In this document: positions 51,411 to 64,000 of the stretch, piece after piece
How positions within the stretch are numbered: the stretch's first letter is position 1
Layout of the letters: each line of letters opens with the position of its first letter
Origin: Callorhinchus milii
Lineage: Eukaryota
Length of the DNA: 64,000 bases
NCBI RefSeq assembly: GCF_018977255.1
Contig: NW_024704751.1
Location: 8,618,001-8,682,000, forward strand
Direction of reading: 5' to 3'
Made by a program: the position numbers and the translations under genes
Notes under the pieces: model-generated
Told to the model about the DNA's origin: nothing
The model's database searches: none
What the model saw: the letters and a program-made list of their open reading frames with translations, nothing else

Positions 51411-54400
51411 AATGACAAACCATTAGTACATTTTTAGACTAAACTGAGAAAAAAAAAAGACATTCGAACTCTGACATTGGGAAAATAAATTAAGTTTGGG
51501 TGGGAAAGAAGGCGAAACAAGATGAATTCAATCACAATTCTGAATTTACACAAAAGCAACAATATCGAATCGTCTAAAGGATGTGTTGTTTCAAAATTGT
51601 ATGGTATGAAATTACTTGCTTCATACCGCTTCCAAAAGTCAACGCAGAATAAACAGCTTCCAGGCACTGAGTGTGGCGTTGTCTAGCAACAGACGCTAAC
51701 TAAATGTCTGAGGGCGCTCAACAGAAAGCCGCAATATCTAAGGTCACATTTCTAGTAACAGTTGGAAATGAGAGATACATGCTAGCATTTTGCTTGAAGT
51801 TTCAACAACATAAAGGGTAGCAGGACAATGCAAACTGATGAATTGTTCCTCCTATACCCTCTGTACTTGGGGAGGAAGCAGGAACGAAGCATTCAAGAGC
51901 ATAAACAAAGCAATTGATTTAGAAGTACCATATATAGAAGCAGTTTCAAAGTAAAACCTGAAGGAGCTCTGCCAACCTCTCAGAAACAGGATACGGAGAA
52001 ATTATCGATCTGGGTGATGATTTCTAATTTATGGATTTAATCCCCTTTCCTACCCTACCATCTGGACATATCCAACAAGGCCATGTCAATCCGCACATGT
52101 AACCCGAAAGCATCATGGTAATTCACGTTCACGGTAAAATTCTGCAATATCATTGAAATGCAAGGCATGTTCTCAGTGTAGAGCCACCAATACAACAAGT
52201 CTAACCAATTAAAGAGCGTGAAACAAAACTATTTAAATCTGACCTGCCAATCTGTCCACAACTCTGAGCGTTTTACTTTCTCTCTTATCAAAGGCTATTC
52301 CTTGAAGACGCAGCAGGCTTCTTTCTGTTCGTCTGCCTTTGCTGCTTTGAAATGGCCACTAGATACAGACTATGCAGACTCATATTAACCTTGTATGGCA
52401 CCGAGTGCAGACATTCAACAAAACCTGGAAATTATGGCAGGGAAGCAGTGTCCAAACCCCTATGGTCCACCACATTAATGAATCAACACCTTCACAAATG
52501 ATTCTTTTAATGTGCAAAACAGTTTTTACCAATTGCCATAACCTAACCGGTCAGTTGATGATAAATGAAATTTCACAACACCTCCTTTTAACATTTGCTT
52601 TCAGCAAATTGTTTCCTTTAGGTACTTCCTTAGCTTTAAATACAAGGCTATTTGTAACAGGGAAATATTCAGTTGCGATCAGCAATATGAATTTCAAAGT
52701 AATATCTCCTAAATAGGGATTTTCCAGGTAGGCTCAGTCCTAGATATTGCAGACTTGGAAATCTCTGCTGCCCCTCATTGAGCAATCACGGTTTACATAA
52801 CAAGCGACACTGATTTTTGCTGCGACAATCTATTAAAATAGATTCTTTCTTTGAAGATGTAACTCTGTAATGACAATGAGATTTTGTGCGCATGGCAGTG
52901 ACTAATGACACTGTTATCATGTAACTAGCCCTTTACGAATTCTGCGTTAATCAACGAATACAATGCCTGGAATGTAACTTAAATTATGCGTCATGCTTGG
53001 ATCAGTATTATTTTTACATCTGGAAGAAATTTATTTAGAGTCAGCTGTAAAACCCCGGGGTCCATTTTACGTGATCAGACATTTTTCATTCCTTACTTTG
53101 TCTAACTTTTCCTCAAGTGGCTTTAACTGTTCCATTTCTCCTGCCTTTTGTTCCTAGTTCTCTCTTCTCCATTGAGAAAGTCGGGAAGAAGATATTGTTT
53201 CAGCATTCTGCGGCATAGCTTAAATTCACAAAGTAAGCTGCAGGCCATTTGACAACACACCTACAACAGTAGGTGTAGCCAAATACAAATGTTGCTCCAC
53301 AAACCACAATATCAGTCCACTAACATTACAGAAAACTGAAAGTATACTAACATGCCAAGTATTACTACAGGTATGTTAGGCACAAAGAATGCTCAGGCCT
53401 ACAAACATAATGCAAGGTTCACACCAGCACAAGTATCAGAAAATATCCAACCAGGTCAGCAGAACAGTCACTCACACGCATATCAAATTAGATTTAAATC
53501 ACAATTACCTTGAAAACTGAATGTTTCAGTATCTGTCAGTAGCAAGCATATAATATATATATTATTATAACTCTGGGAGACCTACTTACGAATTTATTTA
53601 GGAGCGCATAGAGTACTGTAGAGTCACTATCTAATCAGTGACGCCATTCAAAGTAGAGGAAAAGCATATAGACCCATCCCTGGGGTTCTGAATATTTTAG
53701 TAGAACATTCCAAAAACATTGCTAACCCTTTAACCCTTTATCTGATAACACATTTGTGGATCAGTCAACAACACTGGCCATTTCCATTGTTTAAGATAAA
53801 TTCGGCACCACCAGGATAGTAATTCCGAAACTTCGAAAGGGGATGATTTGAAAAGAAGCTGCATCACATCCGATGCAGTCTAAACAACGAGAGTAGCTTT
53901 CGTGCCTTTAAAGGCCAAACGATTAAAAAAAAAGTCATCACTGTTTCTGATAAGTTATAAAGGGGCCTAACTGAGCCAACAGTGCAAGCGGTTGTTAATC
54001 TTGGCAGTTAAAGCATATGTCAGGTCAGCCCCCTGCTCAGTCACTACAAGTAATGATATGTCAATGCAGTTTAAAGAAAACGTATTTAACAAATTAACAG
54101 AAATGTCAAAACATTCGAGTATCATGAGGCATTGGATTTTGAGAAAGCAGTTACTCTCAACATACTAAATCTAGTGAGAATAAATAAACCAACAGAAGTA
54201 AAAGGAACGGTATAAAGCACATTTCCATCAAGCGGATGTGTAAATTTAAAACGGAAAAGCATTAATCCAAGGCAGCTTCCTTCTGTTCTAAAATTGACTT
54301 TTAAACATTGTCAATAAGCAGTGGTGCTTGTCCAATAGTCACATTTCAGAGCAGAGTAATACTACCCACATTTGCTGCTACAACTTTCTATCATCCATTG

Positions 54401-56049
54401 ACTGAGTAATTAGGATGATCAGATTAGATCGCTGGTGACCAATGGAATTGTTACTCATGAAAAAGGACATAATCTGAAATTGTTGCAGCCTTACTCAGAG
54501 GGAATACACTGTTCCAGGAAAAAAAGAGAAGCTCCCTTCCTGTGCAATATCTTATTTTGTAATTTAAATTATCCATGAGGTTGCATTCCTCAGCTCTAGA
54601 AAAAGCATTTCTCTGTAGCACAACATGTTACTACACGACTTGGCTGCCCAAAGTTTTTCTGGGGACAGTTTTTCCAAAGTTTGCCATGAATCCCATTTCT
54701 TAGGATCAAAACCAACAGACACCAAATTGAGTACTCTGAATCAAGCTCGATCTGCAAACAATGCATTCAACAGACAGGCACGCATACGAAACATGAAATC
54801 AAAGGACAATCCACAAGTTTACTTTCAGCTGCTGTTTAGTTTACTTTCAGCTGCTGATTGACCTGTTCTGGATTTCCAGCATTTGCAATTGTTCTTGTTT
54901 AGTTCCACAAATATCTAAATCTTTGAATCCCAGTTACACTAAAAGTAATTTAGATTTTATTTCAATTATTATCATTCAAAATATTTATTAGCACTCCAAC
55001 AACTGTAAATTACTGATTAATCTTTGTTATAATTTGATATTAAAACTGCCTCGTTTTGTATTTTTTAAAACAATGGAATGGATCATCTCTAAGCATTATA
55101 AATATTGCAAATATAGATGCTGCAAATTATTTTCGTAGCTCCTCGTTTTTCTTTGATACTCCATTAGTCTGGACAGTGTTGGGTGCATTTCTTTCACTCA
55201 TACCCCCAAATTAGATTCTTTAAAATAAAGAAAACACAGTTTGTTTGCAAACAGGGCAAGGTCCGTTATCGTAAAACTTCTCTAATACAGAAAGCTAAGG
55301 AAATCACAACCAGGAGTGTAAGAATCCTTTATGTTCAACGCCTTGGGTCGTCCTCCCAACGTGAAAGGTGCTACATAAATGTAATTTCTTTTTGTTGTTC
55401 TGAAATTGCGATTCTTAGCACACAGGACAAGATTTGGACAAAATCAGATTACACTTTTTCCAGCAAAAAGCATCACTGAACTTAGGACCAAATTGACTTT
55501 ACAACAAGGGGACAAAATATGAGGCATTGCTGGGAAAAGCACAACACCTAATTGCACGTAAATCTGCAGCGTAATACTAGGTTGTCACATTAGGCTCCTG
55601 GAATTAGTTTCTAGACATCATTTAAGGTGTCACCTCTTTTTCAACCTGTATATGATTCGCATTAATAATTGCGCCAAGGGTTACAGTAATTGGTGCAATT
55701 ACTGTAGGTGACCTACAAATGCCAGAATTATAATGCTTAGAGATGCTCCACACCAAAAGGGCGTTGTTACAAACAAAAGCATTCAGTTATTTTCTTTGGT
55801 CAAAGTATAATTATATTATACAACGACCCAAGAAAAAGAAAAAGCAAATTAAATATGATGCTGAAATCTTTTGAGATACTTATTTACTCCAATGCCCTGG
55901 AATAATTTTGATGTAATTATACTTCAATCATTTTCTGTACATCCAGCTGAGCATGTGGGATCATTCAGGTTAGACCGCTGCCCTGTGTTTTGCTCAGTTT
56001 ATCCTGGATGGGGCATAAAAGTGTTGTAGAGCCATTCCTCAAAGGATTA

Positions 56050-56222
56050 AATGGATTGTTTGTCCACAACACGTCAAAGTATACAGTGTATGCGCACAAA
56101 TTGGTTGGCATGCTTGCCTACAAAATATGCAGCCACTGCACTTTACACCAAGTCCAGTAAAACACTTTGATGCATTCTCCTGATGTGAAAGTCCCTATAT
56201 CAAATGCAAGGATCATTATTAA
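56050..56222 (+). mobile_element. Diverged SINE 3' half
   Basis: TGCGCACAAATTGGTTGGC...TATATCAAATGCAAGGATCATTATT. Confidence 0.65.
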
Positions 56223-56544
56223 TTTAGTGCTTGCAGCTTACTCAACTGGGCGGGGTACCGTGATGAACTTAAATCATGTTCTCATCTCTTGTCCGCTTAT
56301 CGATGCTTTTCAGCAGTGGTTACTGGATGGTGATCAAAAACAGAAACTCCGGTTAATTTGCCTTTCCCTATCCAGCCACACTGAGGACAATTCGTAGCCA
56401 CCAACTTCTGCCCAGGCAGAGATCAGATAACTCGGCTTCAAACAAAGTTATGTTCGACATGGGTCACTATGGCACCTTTATGTACTGGATCATCAAGAGA
56501 GCAATCAATATCAAAAACAATGGACAAAACACAAACACCTCTTT

Positions 56545-56755
56545 AACCCATCATCCCTTGTCCTCTACCCCATTTTCTCCTTTGTCTTCCTTGTTCTGTC
56601 TCCCCCATCTCTGTTAGTCCTTAAAAGCCTCTCCCTCCCAACATGCCCCAGTTCTGACGAAGGGCCGTGGACCCGAAACGTTGACTCACTTTCCTTTCTC
56701 CATAGATGCTGCCTTACCTGCTGAGTGTTCCCAGCGACTTCGGTTTTTGTTATCA
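56545..56755 (+). mobile_element. Penelope-like retroelement terminal fragment containing a minimal hammerhead motif
   Basis: Pyrimidine-rich leader, CTGACGAAGGG..CCCGAAACGTTGACT, then AGATGCTGCC..ACCTGCTGAG..CCAGC..TTTTTG, which I recognise as typical of cartilaginous-fish Penelope-type repeats. Confidence 0.7.
56650..56686 (+). ncRNA. Putative minimal type I hammerhead ribozyme
   Basis: Stem I AGTT/GACT; core CUGACGA (56654-56660); stem II GGG..CCC; GAAAC (56675-56679); palindromic AACGTT; GUU cleavage triplet (56680-56682). Confidence 0.6.
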
Positions 56756-56909
56756 AAAACAATGGATCAACCTAGTATTGACATATATTCCATGCCATTT
56801 CAAAACTTAATATAAAGTATAAAATTAGTACAGGAATACCAAACTCTTTCTTTCCTCCCTCTCCTCCAACCCTGTCATCTTCAGACAATACAACTTGGGC
56901 CCTGATCTT

Positions 56910-57135
56910 ATCAGCCTGCCTCAGTTGGCAGCAATCTTGTCTCTGAGTCAGATCATTGTAGGTTTGAATTCAGTATCAGGAACTTTATACTCAATGTCTA
57001 GGCTGTCATTTCAGTACGGTGTTGAGGGAGGTGCCATCTTTCAGTTGGGAAGTTAAACCAAGGTCTTAGCTGGCTGTTAATGTGCATATTAAAGAACCTA
57101 TGACACTATTCCAGAAGTGAAGGAAATTTCTCCTT
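56910..57135 (+). mobile_element. Older DeuSINE-like element, 5' part
   Basis: TCAGCCTGCCTCAGTTGG..CTCTGAGTCAG...GAGGTGCCATCTTTCAG...TTAAACCAAGG...AAAGAACCTATGACACTATT. Confidence 0.65.
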
Positions 57136-57600
57136 TTGTGGAGACACTCTGAGTTGGAGTTTCAGAGAATGGAGCAGAACCACTGAAGACCATTGAGAGA
57201 TTTGAATGCGAGGACAAGAAATTTGAATCGATCCCCTGGCAGAGTCACTGGAACCAAACAATGATAGCCATGATAGGCTTGTGGATCCTGGTGTGGCAGA
57301 GGACACAAACTGCAGATTTCTGATGTTTTGGTAAAACAGATTCGCCTCAACTTTCAGTAACAGTCTAATTTATATTAGCAAACTGGATTCTTTACTGCCG
57401 AATTGGGGAGTTTGACATTACAGATCTGGAAAGTTACAGATTTTGTTCTAGTTTAACCTGCAGGAGGGGCACAATTGGTTTCAGCAATTCTTGCTAGAAA
57501 TAGAATATCAGGCAGTGTGGCATCTCCCGGAGGCTTTGGGGAGGGCATACTGGATGCTGACAAGACAGTGCTGTGTGGCACCGCAATGGTCAACATCCTG

Positions 57601-57916
57601 TAGTCCTGTAGCTCAGTGGTTAGAGCACTCGCTTTGCAAGTGAGAGACCTGAGTTCAATTCCAGGCAGAGGGCCAAACCTCGGGCAAGTTTCCTTACTCC
57701 ACACAGAGCCTAATAATAATCCCTCCAAAACCAAAAACAATAATAAATTGGTCATTTTCAATCCATGACTATTTGTGGGACATTGCTGTGCGCCATTGGC
57801 TGCCGCGTTCGCCCACAAATATACAGTCAATTCACTTTACAGTGTGTTCTGTGAAGCGCTTTGGGACGTCCTCCCGACGTGAAAAGCGCTATATCAAATG
57901 CAAGGATTATTATTAT
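57601..57916 (+). mobile_element. Young full-length tRNA(Ala,TGC)-headed SINE in the CRK intron
   Basis: About 95% identical, without gaps, to 10441-10756. Confidence 0.93.
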
Positions 57917-58035
57917 CCTTACAACGTTCACACAGCGTGTGAGCTAACAACGCCAGCAGTGTCTGTAGAACTACTCCAACAACACCAAGGCGCTGGACAG
58001 CCAGGGATCCGCACCTGAGCTGGTGGTCGGGATCA

Positions 58036-59136
<1,101 letters not shown>

Positions 59137-59479
59137 TCACCGCTTAGGCCTCAGGCCTCCGTGATGAGGCCCTCCCGCGTTTACCTCACAAGTCGCCCCC
59201 TCCTCCCTCCCTCCCCAGAGCGAAGCCAATCGATTTATATCGATGTCTCTCTCTCTCTCTCTTCCCCCTCCCGACACCCTCCTTCCCTCCCTCCCTCCTT
59301 CCCTCCCGCCCACACACACACACACACACGCTTCTCTCTGTCGGCCCAGAAACTTCACCCACACCGACCGGCTCTGGGGGCAGACCGTCCCCCTCCCCCC
59401 CCACACCCACCCACACCCCCCGAAAACGAATGAAATAAATTACAAATAAATATATCTTTTTTTTAAAAAAAAACGGCCG

Positions 59480-59790
59480 CGATATCTCTCCCTCCGGGAG
59501 GGAAGGCGGTGGGGGCGGGGTGGAGGGGGGGGAGGGGGGAAGGTCAGGCAAAGCCGCTGTAATTCTCGCTCCACAAACTCCAAATAAAATGGCGGCGGTT
59601 GGGCAGCGGACGGCAAATTAAAAACTTTCGGCCTTGGCCCTCACCCGCCGGAAGTGCGCCACCCGGAGCATGCGCCCGGGCCGCCGCCGCCAGCTCGGCC
59701 GCCATCTTGGTGAGGTCCGTGACGCGCGCGCGCACCGCTGGGACGTCGTTTCCATGGAGCTGCTACGTCGCAGATGTAAACTTCCGTAAA
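59480..59790 (-). promoter_or_regulatory. CRK CpG-island promoter motif cluster
   Basis: YY1-type AAAATGGCGGCG (59586-59597) and GCCGCCATCTTG (59698-59709), ETS/GABP CCGGAAGTG (59648-59656), NRF1-like GCATGCGC (59668-59675), GC box GGGGCGGGG near 59512. Confidence 0.75.
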
Positions 59791-59827
59791 GGTGTGCACA
59801 TGTGTTTGACACAACCTCTTGCTGCTT

Positions 59828-60085
59828 CCCACCACCCCCCCACTATCACCCCCCAAGCACCCCACCCCCCCCAACACCACCCCCACCACCCCCCCACTAC
59901 CACCCCCCCACTACCACCCCCCAAGCACCCCACCCCCCCAACACCACCACCCCACCCCCACCACCACCCCACTACCACCCACCAAGCACCCCCCCCCCCC
60001 ACCAACACCCCCACCCCCCCACTACCACCCCCCAAGCACCACACCCCCACCACACCACCACCCCACCCCACCCCCACCACCCCCC
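59828..60085 (+). repeat. C/A-rich low-complexity repeat ((CCA)n/C-runs; G-rich on minus)
   Basis: Directly visible degenerate tandem repeat. Confidence 0.9.
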
Positions 60086-60089
60086 GGAG

Positions 60090-60460
60090 CAGAGAAGGTT
60101 AAGAAGAGATCTTGTAGAGAAGGTTAAGAAGAGATCTTGTAGAGGTGTTCAAAATTATGAGGGCATTTGAGAGGGTGAACAGGAAGAAGCTGTTTCCGCT
60201 ATCGGGTGGGTCGGTAACCCGAGGACACCGATTTAAGATAGTTGACAAAAGACACAGAGGAGAGATGAGGAGCCTTTTTTTTCATATTGTTCGGATCTGG
60301 AATGAATGAAGAGAGAAGTGGGTAGATATTTGAGGAGGACAAATTTGCAAGGCTGTGGGGAGAGAGTGGGATTAATTTGGATAGCTCTTTCAAAGAGCCG
60401 GCACGGGCACGATGGGCCGAATGGCCTCCTTCTGTGCTGTATAATTCTATGATTCTATTA
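60090..60460 (+). mobile_element. CR1-type LINE 3' fragment with internal deletion and a 25-nt tandem duplication
   Basis: Encodes RRLRRDLVEVFKIMR..TRGH.FK; ends GATGGGCCGAATGGCCTCCTTCTGTGCTGTATAATTCTATGATTCTAT. AGAGAAGGTTAAGAAGAGATCTTGT occurs twice. Confidence 0.8.
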
Positions 60461-60499
60461 CCCCCCGGAAAAGCGATCCATCGATCGACGAACAACCGT

Positions 60500-60720
60500 G
60501 GAGCAAGGCAACCTGCCTCACATTTCGCGCCTTTCATGTCAGGTGGACGTCTCAAACTGGCGGGGCACATGGAGCAGGTCGGTGGTGCTGAAGGGAGGGA
60601 GTGATCTGGGCAGCAGGAGGCGGCGGAGCTCGGGTGGAGCGAGGCCTTACAGGGAATTGAAAGTGAGGATTTGGATCTTGAATCTGGACCACCATCGCCG
60701 AGAGGAAGTCCGGCTTCTCC
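60500..60720 (-). mobile_element. L2 LINE 3' fragment
   Basis: CATTTCGCGCCTTTCATGTCAGGTGGACGTCTCAAA tail and GAAAGTGAGGATTTGGATCTTGAATCTGG (FKIQILTF on minus). Confidence 0.55.
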
Positions 60721-61069
60721 CGGCCGATTCATCATCTTGGATTTGATGAAGGGGCGAATGAAGGTCCCAGCGATCTGGGAGGGGAGAGGCAGTGGCAGAA
60801 GCTAACGATATGGGAAGCAAATTTGCATCAGGAAAAATCGCCCCGAAATCAACGGGGATTGTTACCAAAATAACTTCTTTATACACCAGTGGGCGGCGCT
60901 GTGGTACAATCTACACATTTCAGGAGAGAAAAAAAATCTGTGCCTTTTGCAAAGTATAGTATTCTCTGATTGAATCGAAATCGGTTGATTTTTTTTTTGG
61001 GGGGTGGGGGGGAAATAATTTGTGAGCTGATTTTTCAATGACCACGACGCTGCGGTGGAAGAGGCAGGG

Positions 61070-61590
61070 TAATAGTCCCTTCCAAAAACTTTTTTAAAGA
61101 AATTGACACTAACCATAAGAGTTTGGTCACTTAATTCGTGACGGTTTGAGGGACGCCGCTGTGCGCAATTGGCTGCCGCGTTTCGCCCCCCCAAAAATAT
61201 ACAGTCAATTCGCTTGATAGCATATTCTGTGAAGCGCCTTGAGACGTCTTAATGATGTGATAAGGCGCTATATCAAGGATTATATCAAGAATTATTACTA
61301 TTATATGCTACAAACAGCCATGAAGTAAATGGCCAATTGCTTATTTGGCAGATTGTCGGCCAGGACTCTGGGAGAAACTCCCTCTTTTCGAATAGTGTCA
61401 ATGGGATCTTTCACGTCCACCTGAACAGGTGCACGGGACCTGGGTTTAATATCTCCTCCGCAAGATGGAACCTCTGACATTACAGAGTCAGCCTAGACTC
61501 AAAGTGAGCTCAAAGTCCCAACATGGGGACGTGAACCCACACCTGTGTGACTTAGAAGCGAGAGTGCTCCCGACTGAGCCAGGCTGACAT
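61070..61590. mobile_element. Forward SINE (61070-61300) tail-to-tail with a reverse DeuSINE-like element (61305-61590)
   Basis: Core GCTGTGCGCAATTGGCTGCCGCGTTTCG and tail, then reverse GGCCAGGAC..GGGAGAAACTCCC..GAATAGTG..ATGGGATCTTT..GTCCACCTGA..ACTGAGCCAGGCTGA. Confidence 0.8.
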
Positions 61591-61794
61591 TCCATCAGGG
61601 GTCACAGGAAACCGTAAACCACCGAGCTCCCCGAGTCAGAGTGGGCCCCCAATGTTGAATGTGAGACTAGAACAGGGCTTTTTTTTTGGTTGAATAATGC
61701 GGGGAGAAATGTCAATGCAGACAAGAAAACCTGAGAGTGGGAGGATTTCAAGTGCAAGTCTGGAACCAGGAGCACGAAACGCATCAATTATTTA

Positions 61795-62300
61795 ACGATT
61801 CCTATGATCTAACAGAGGGTTTTTCAAAATAATGAATTCATTTGATAGGCCAATGGGAGAGAAACTATTTCTACTGATCGGCAAGTCAGTAACAAGAGGA
61901 CATGAAATGAAATTTATCATCAGAAGAAAAAAGGAGGCGGAGAGCCTTGAAGAAATTATTTTACACAGAGGGTTGTTATAATGTGGGGAATTGTTGGACG
62001 GTCTTATCACGAATAGCAGCCGAAGCCTAGTCTGTAACAGGATTGGAAAGGCAACTGGATTAATTCAGGAGGAAAAATATCATTAAGGGTTATGGGGAGA
62101 GAGCACGGGAAAGGGATTTAGGGGAAAGGGATTTAGGGGAAAGGGATTTAGGGGAAAGCTCCAGTGGGGAAGTGAGGACCAGTACAGACATGATGGGTAA
62201 AGAGTGGGGTCAAGGGGATTAGAGTTGAGAGCTCCAGTTGGAGAGCGAGCATGAGTATGGACACTAAGCCCAAATGACCTCCTTCTATATTGTAAACTTG
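61795..62300 (+). mobile_element. Degraded CR1-type LINE 3' end with an internal 15-nt tandem repeat (GGGGAAAGGGATTTA x3)
   Basis: DLTE.FK..TRGH..K..F TQRV motif remnants; terminal AAATGACCTCCTTCTATATTGTAA. Confidence 0.7.
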
Positions 62301-63579
62301 CTATTAATTGAACAAGAGAGATCAGCTATGATGTGTGTCCCCATCTCTGCTGAAGACGGGATACAGTTGCTCAGGAACTGGGACTTCTGTCAGGCGTCCT
62401 GCCTTCACCTAACCTCTACTCTCGCACCTTTCTCACCATGAGCACCCAATATTGGGAGTCACACCTGAAACCCTGTTAGCCGTGGGTGGGGGTGCGGGGG
62501 GGGGGTTGTTGTGGGGGGGGGTGGGGAGTGGAGTGATGTGGGCACATCATTTGAGGCACGGCACCTCTGACCGTGCGGCGCTCCCCCCAGCGATGTGCGG
62601 GGATGTCAGAGCCGAAGCTGTGAGCTCAAAGTCCGCGACGTAGGGCTTGAACACACTCCAACCTGCTGACTCTGAGTTGGGAGCGTGACGGATTGAGTCA
62701 GATTGTGTTGAGGAAGCTGCCTGACCCCTCTCCACACCCCCCTCCCCCCCCCACCCCCACCGCCCCGGGTGGAGGGGGTGGGTCATGTACAGTGCAAAGC
62801 TGAACAACAGCCATTGCTATCCCCATCCACAAAGTTCCCTCCTGTAAATTACACCTTCACCTCCCTCTCGGACAGCTCTCTCTGGGGTTCGGGCTTGAAT
62901 CATCTCCTTTATATCAAAAAAATGCTGCTTTTCTGCTCTGTACCCTTCGCAGAAGCGAATGGCGGGGAAACGAACCACTAATAATAGTACTATTATTAAT
63001 GATTTATGACAAATTGCCTTTATACAGCGCATCGCACATCGGAAGACGTCCCAAGGCGCTGGACAGTGAAGGGTTTGCACCCGAGCTGGGGGTCGGAATC
63101 AAGAGGGTTGCTCTGCAATTACTGTGCGGTAGGAACAATTCCATTCGTATAGCGCCTTGCACTTCGGGAGGATGTTCCCGAGGCGCCGGAATCATAATAA
63201 TACCAATTATTATCACAACAATAAATGATACCAATTATTATCACTATAATGATAATAATAATAATAATAATAATGCCAATTCCTCGCCCCCTTATTTTTT
63301 CGCCCCAGAAAAACACACACAGTCACTGCACTACAGTTCGCAGTATATCCCCTCCAGGGAGGGAGAGGCAGAGAGTGAGTGAGAGAGTGAGTGAGTGAGA
63401 GAGTGCGCATTCCGTCCCAGTGGCCTTGAGCTGTGTGTGTGTTTTTTCTCTCTGGCCAAATTAAAGGGGTGGCGGGTGGAGCGCCGAGCGGCACCTCGCC
63501 TTTAAGGTGCGGGAGGAATTTCCCCTCTAAAGAGAAACAAGGCGACAAGAGACAGATACACAGACACAGGACCGGGGAG

Positions 63580-64000
63580 ACCCCCCCACACCCCCACACA
63601 CCAACACACACACACACCAACACACACACCCCCATACACAGCCCCACACACAGCCCCACACACACAGCCCCACACACCCCACACCCCCACACACACACCA
63701 ACACACACACAGCCCCACACACACACAGCCCCCCCCACACACACCCCCACACACAGCCCCACACCCCCACACACCAACACACACACAGCCCCATACACAG
63801 CCCCCACACACACAGCCCCACACACCTCACACCCCCACACACACCAACACACACAGCCCCACACACACACCCCACACACACCCCCATACACACAGCCCCA
63901 CACCCCCCCACACCCCCACACACACACACACAGCCCCATACACCCACACACCAACACACACAGCCCCATACACACCCCCATACACAGCCCCACATCAACA
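63580..64000 (+). repeat. Complex CA-rich microsatellite (CACACACAGCCC-type units), runs off the window end
   Basis: Directly visible; explains the C/V/G/W-rich ORFs. Confidence 0.95.

Noticed and set aside
59599-60170. Extensin-like Pro/His/Thr ORFs
   Set aside because: Derived from a (CCA)-rich low-complexity tract joined to a CR1 fragment.
63213-63998. Cys/Gly/Val/Trp-rich ORFs
   Set aside because: Translations of a (CA)-rich microsatellite.

Overview
This is eukaryotic, intron-rich vertebrate DNA. The DeuSINE-, L2-, CR1- and Penelope-type repeats suggest a cartilaginous fish (inference). Three spliced protein-coding genes can be reconstructed. (1) The last five exons (1-2499, +) of an uncharacterised EF-hand protein that the ORF track does not assemble. 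(2) A complete six-exon YWHAE (14-3-3 epsilon, CDS 29569->4263, -, 254 aa), plus a hidden 47-nt stop-containing cassette exon in intron 5. (3) A complete CRK (CDS 59034->46038, -, 297 aa) encoded in only two coding exons and lacking the proline-rich SH2 loop of mammalian CRK. CRK and YWHAE lie in the same tandem arrangement as at human 17p13.3, each with a CpG-island promoter. The rest is introns, UTRs, tRNA-headed SINEs, LINE 3' ends, a Penelope-like fragment with a minimal hammerhead ribozyme motif, and simple repeats. Almost all other ORF-track entries are spurious. No prokaryotic-type system (CRISPR, operon) is present.
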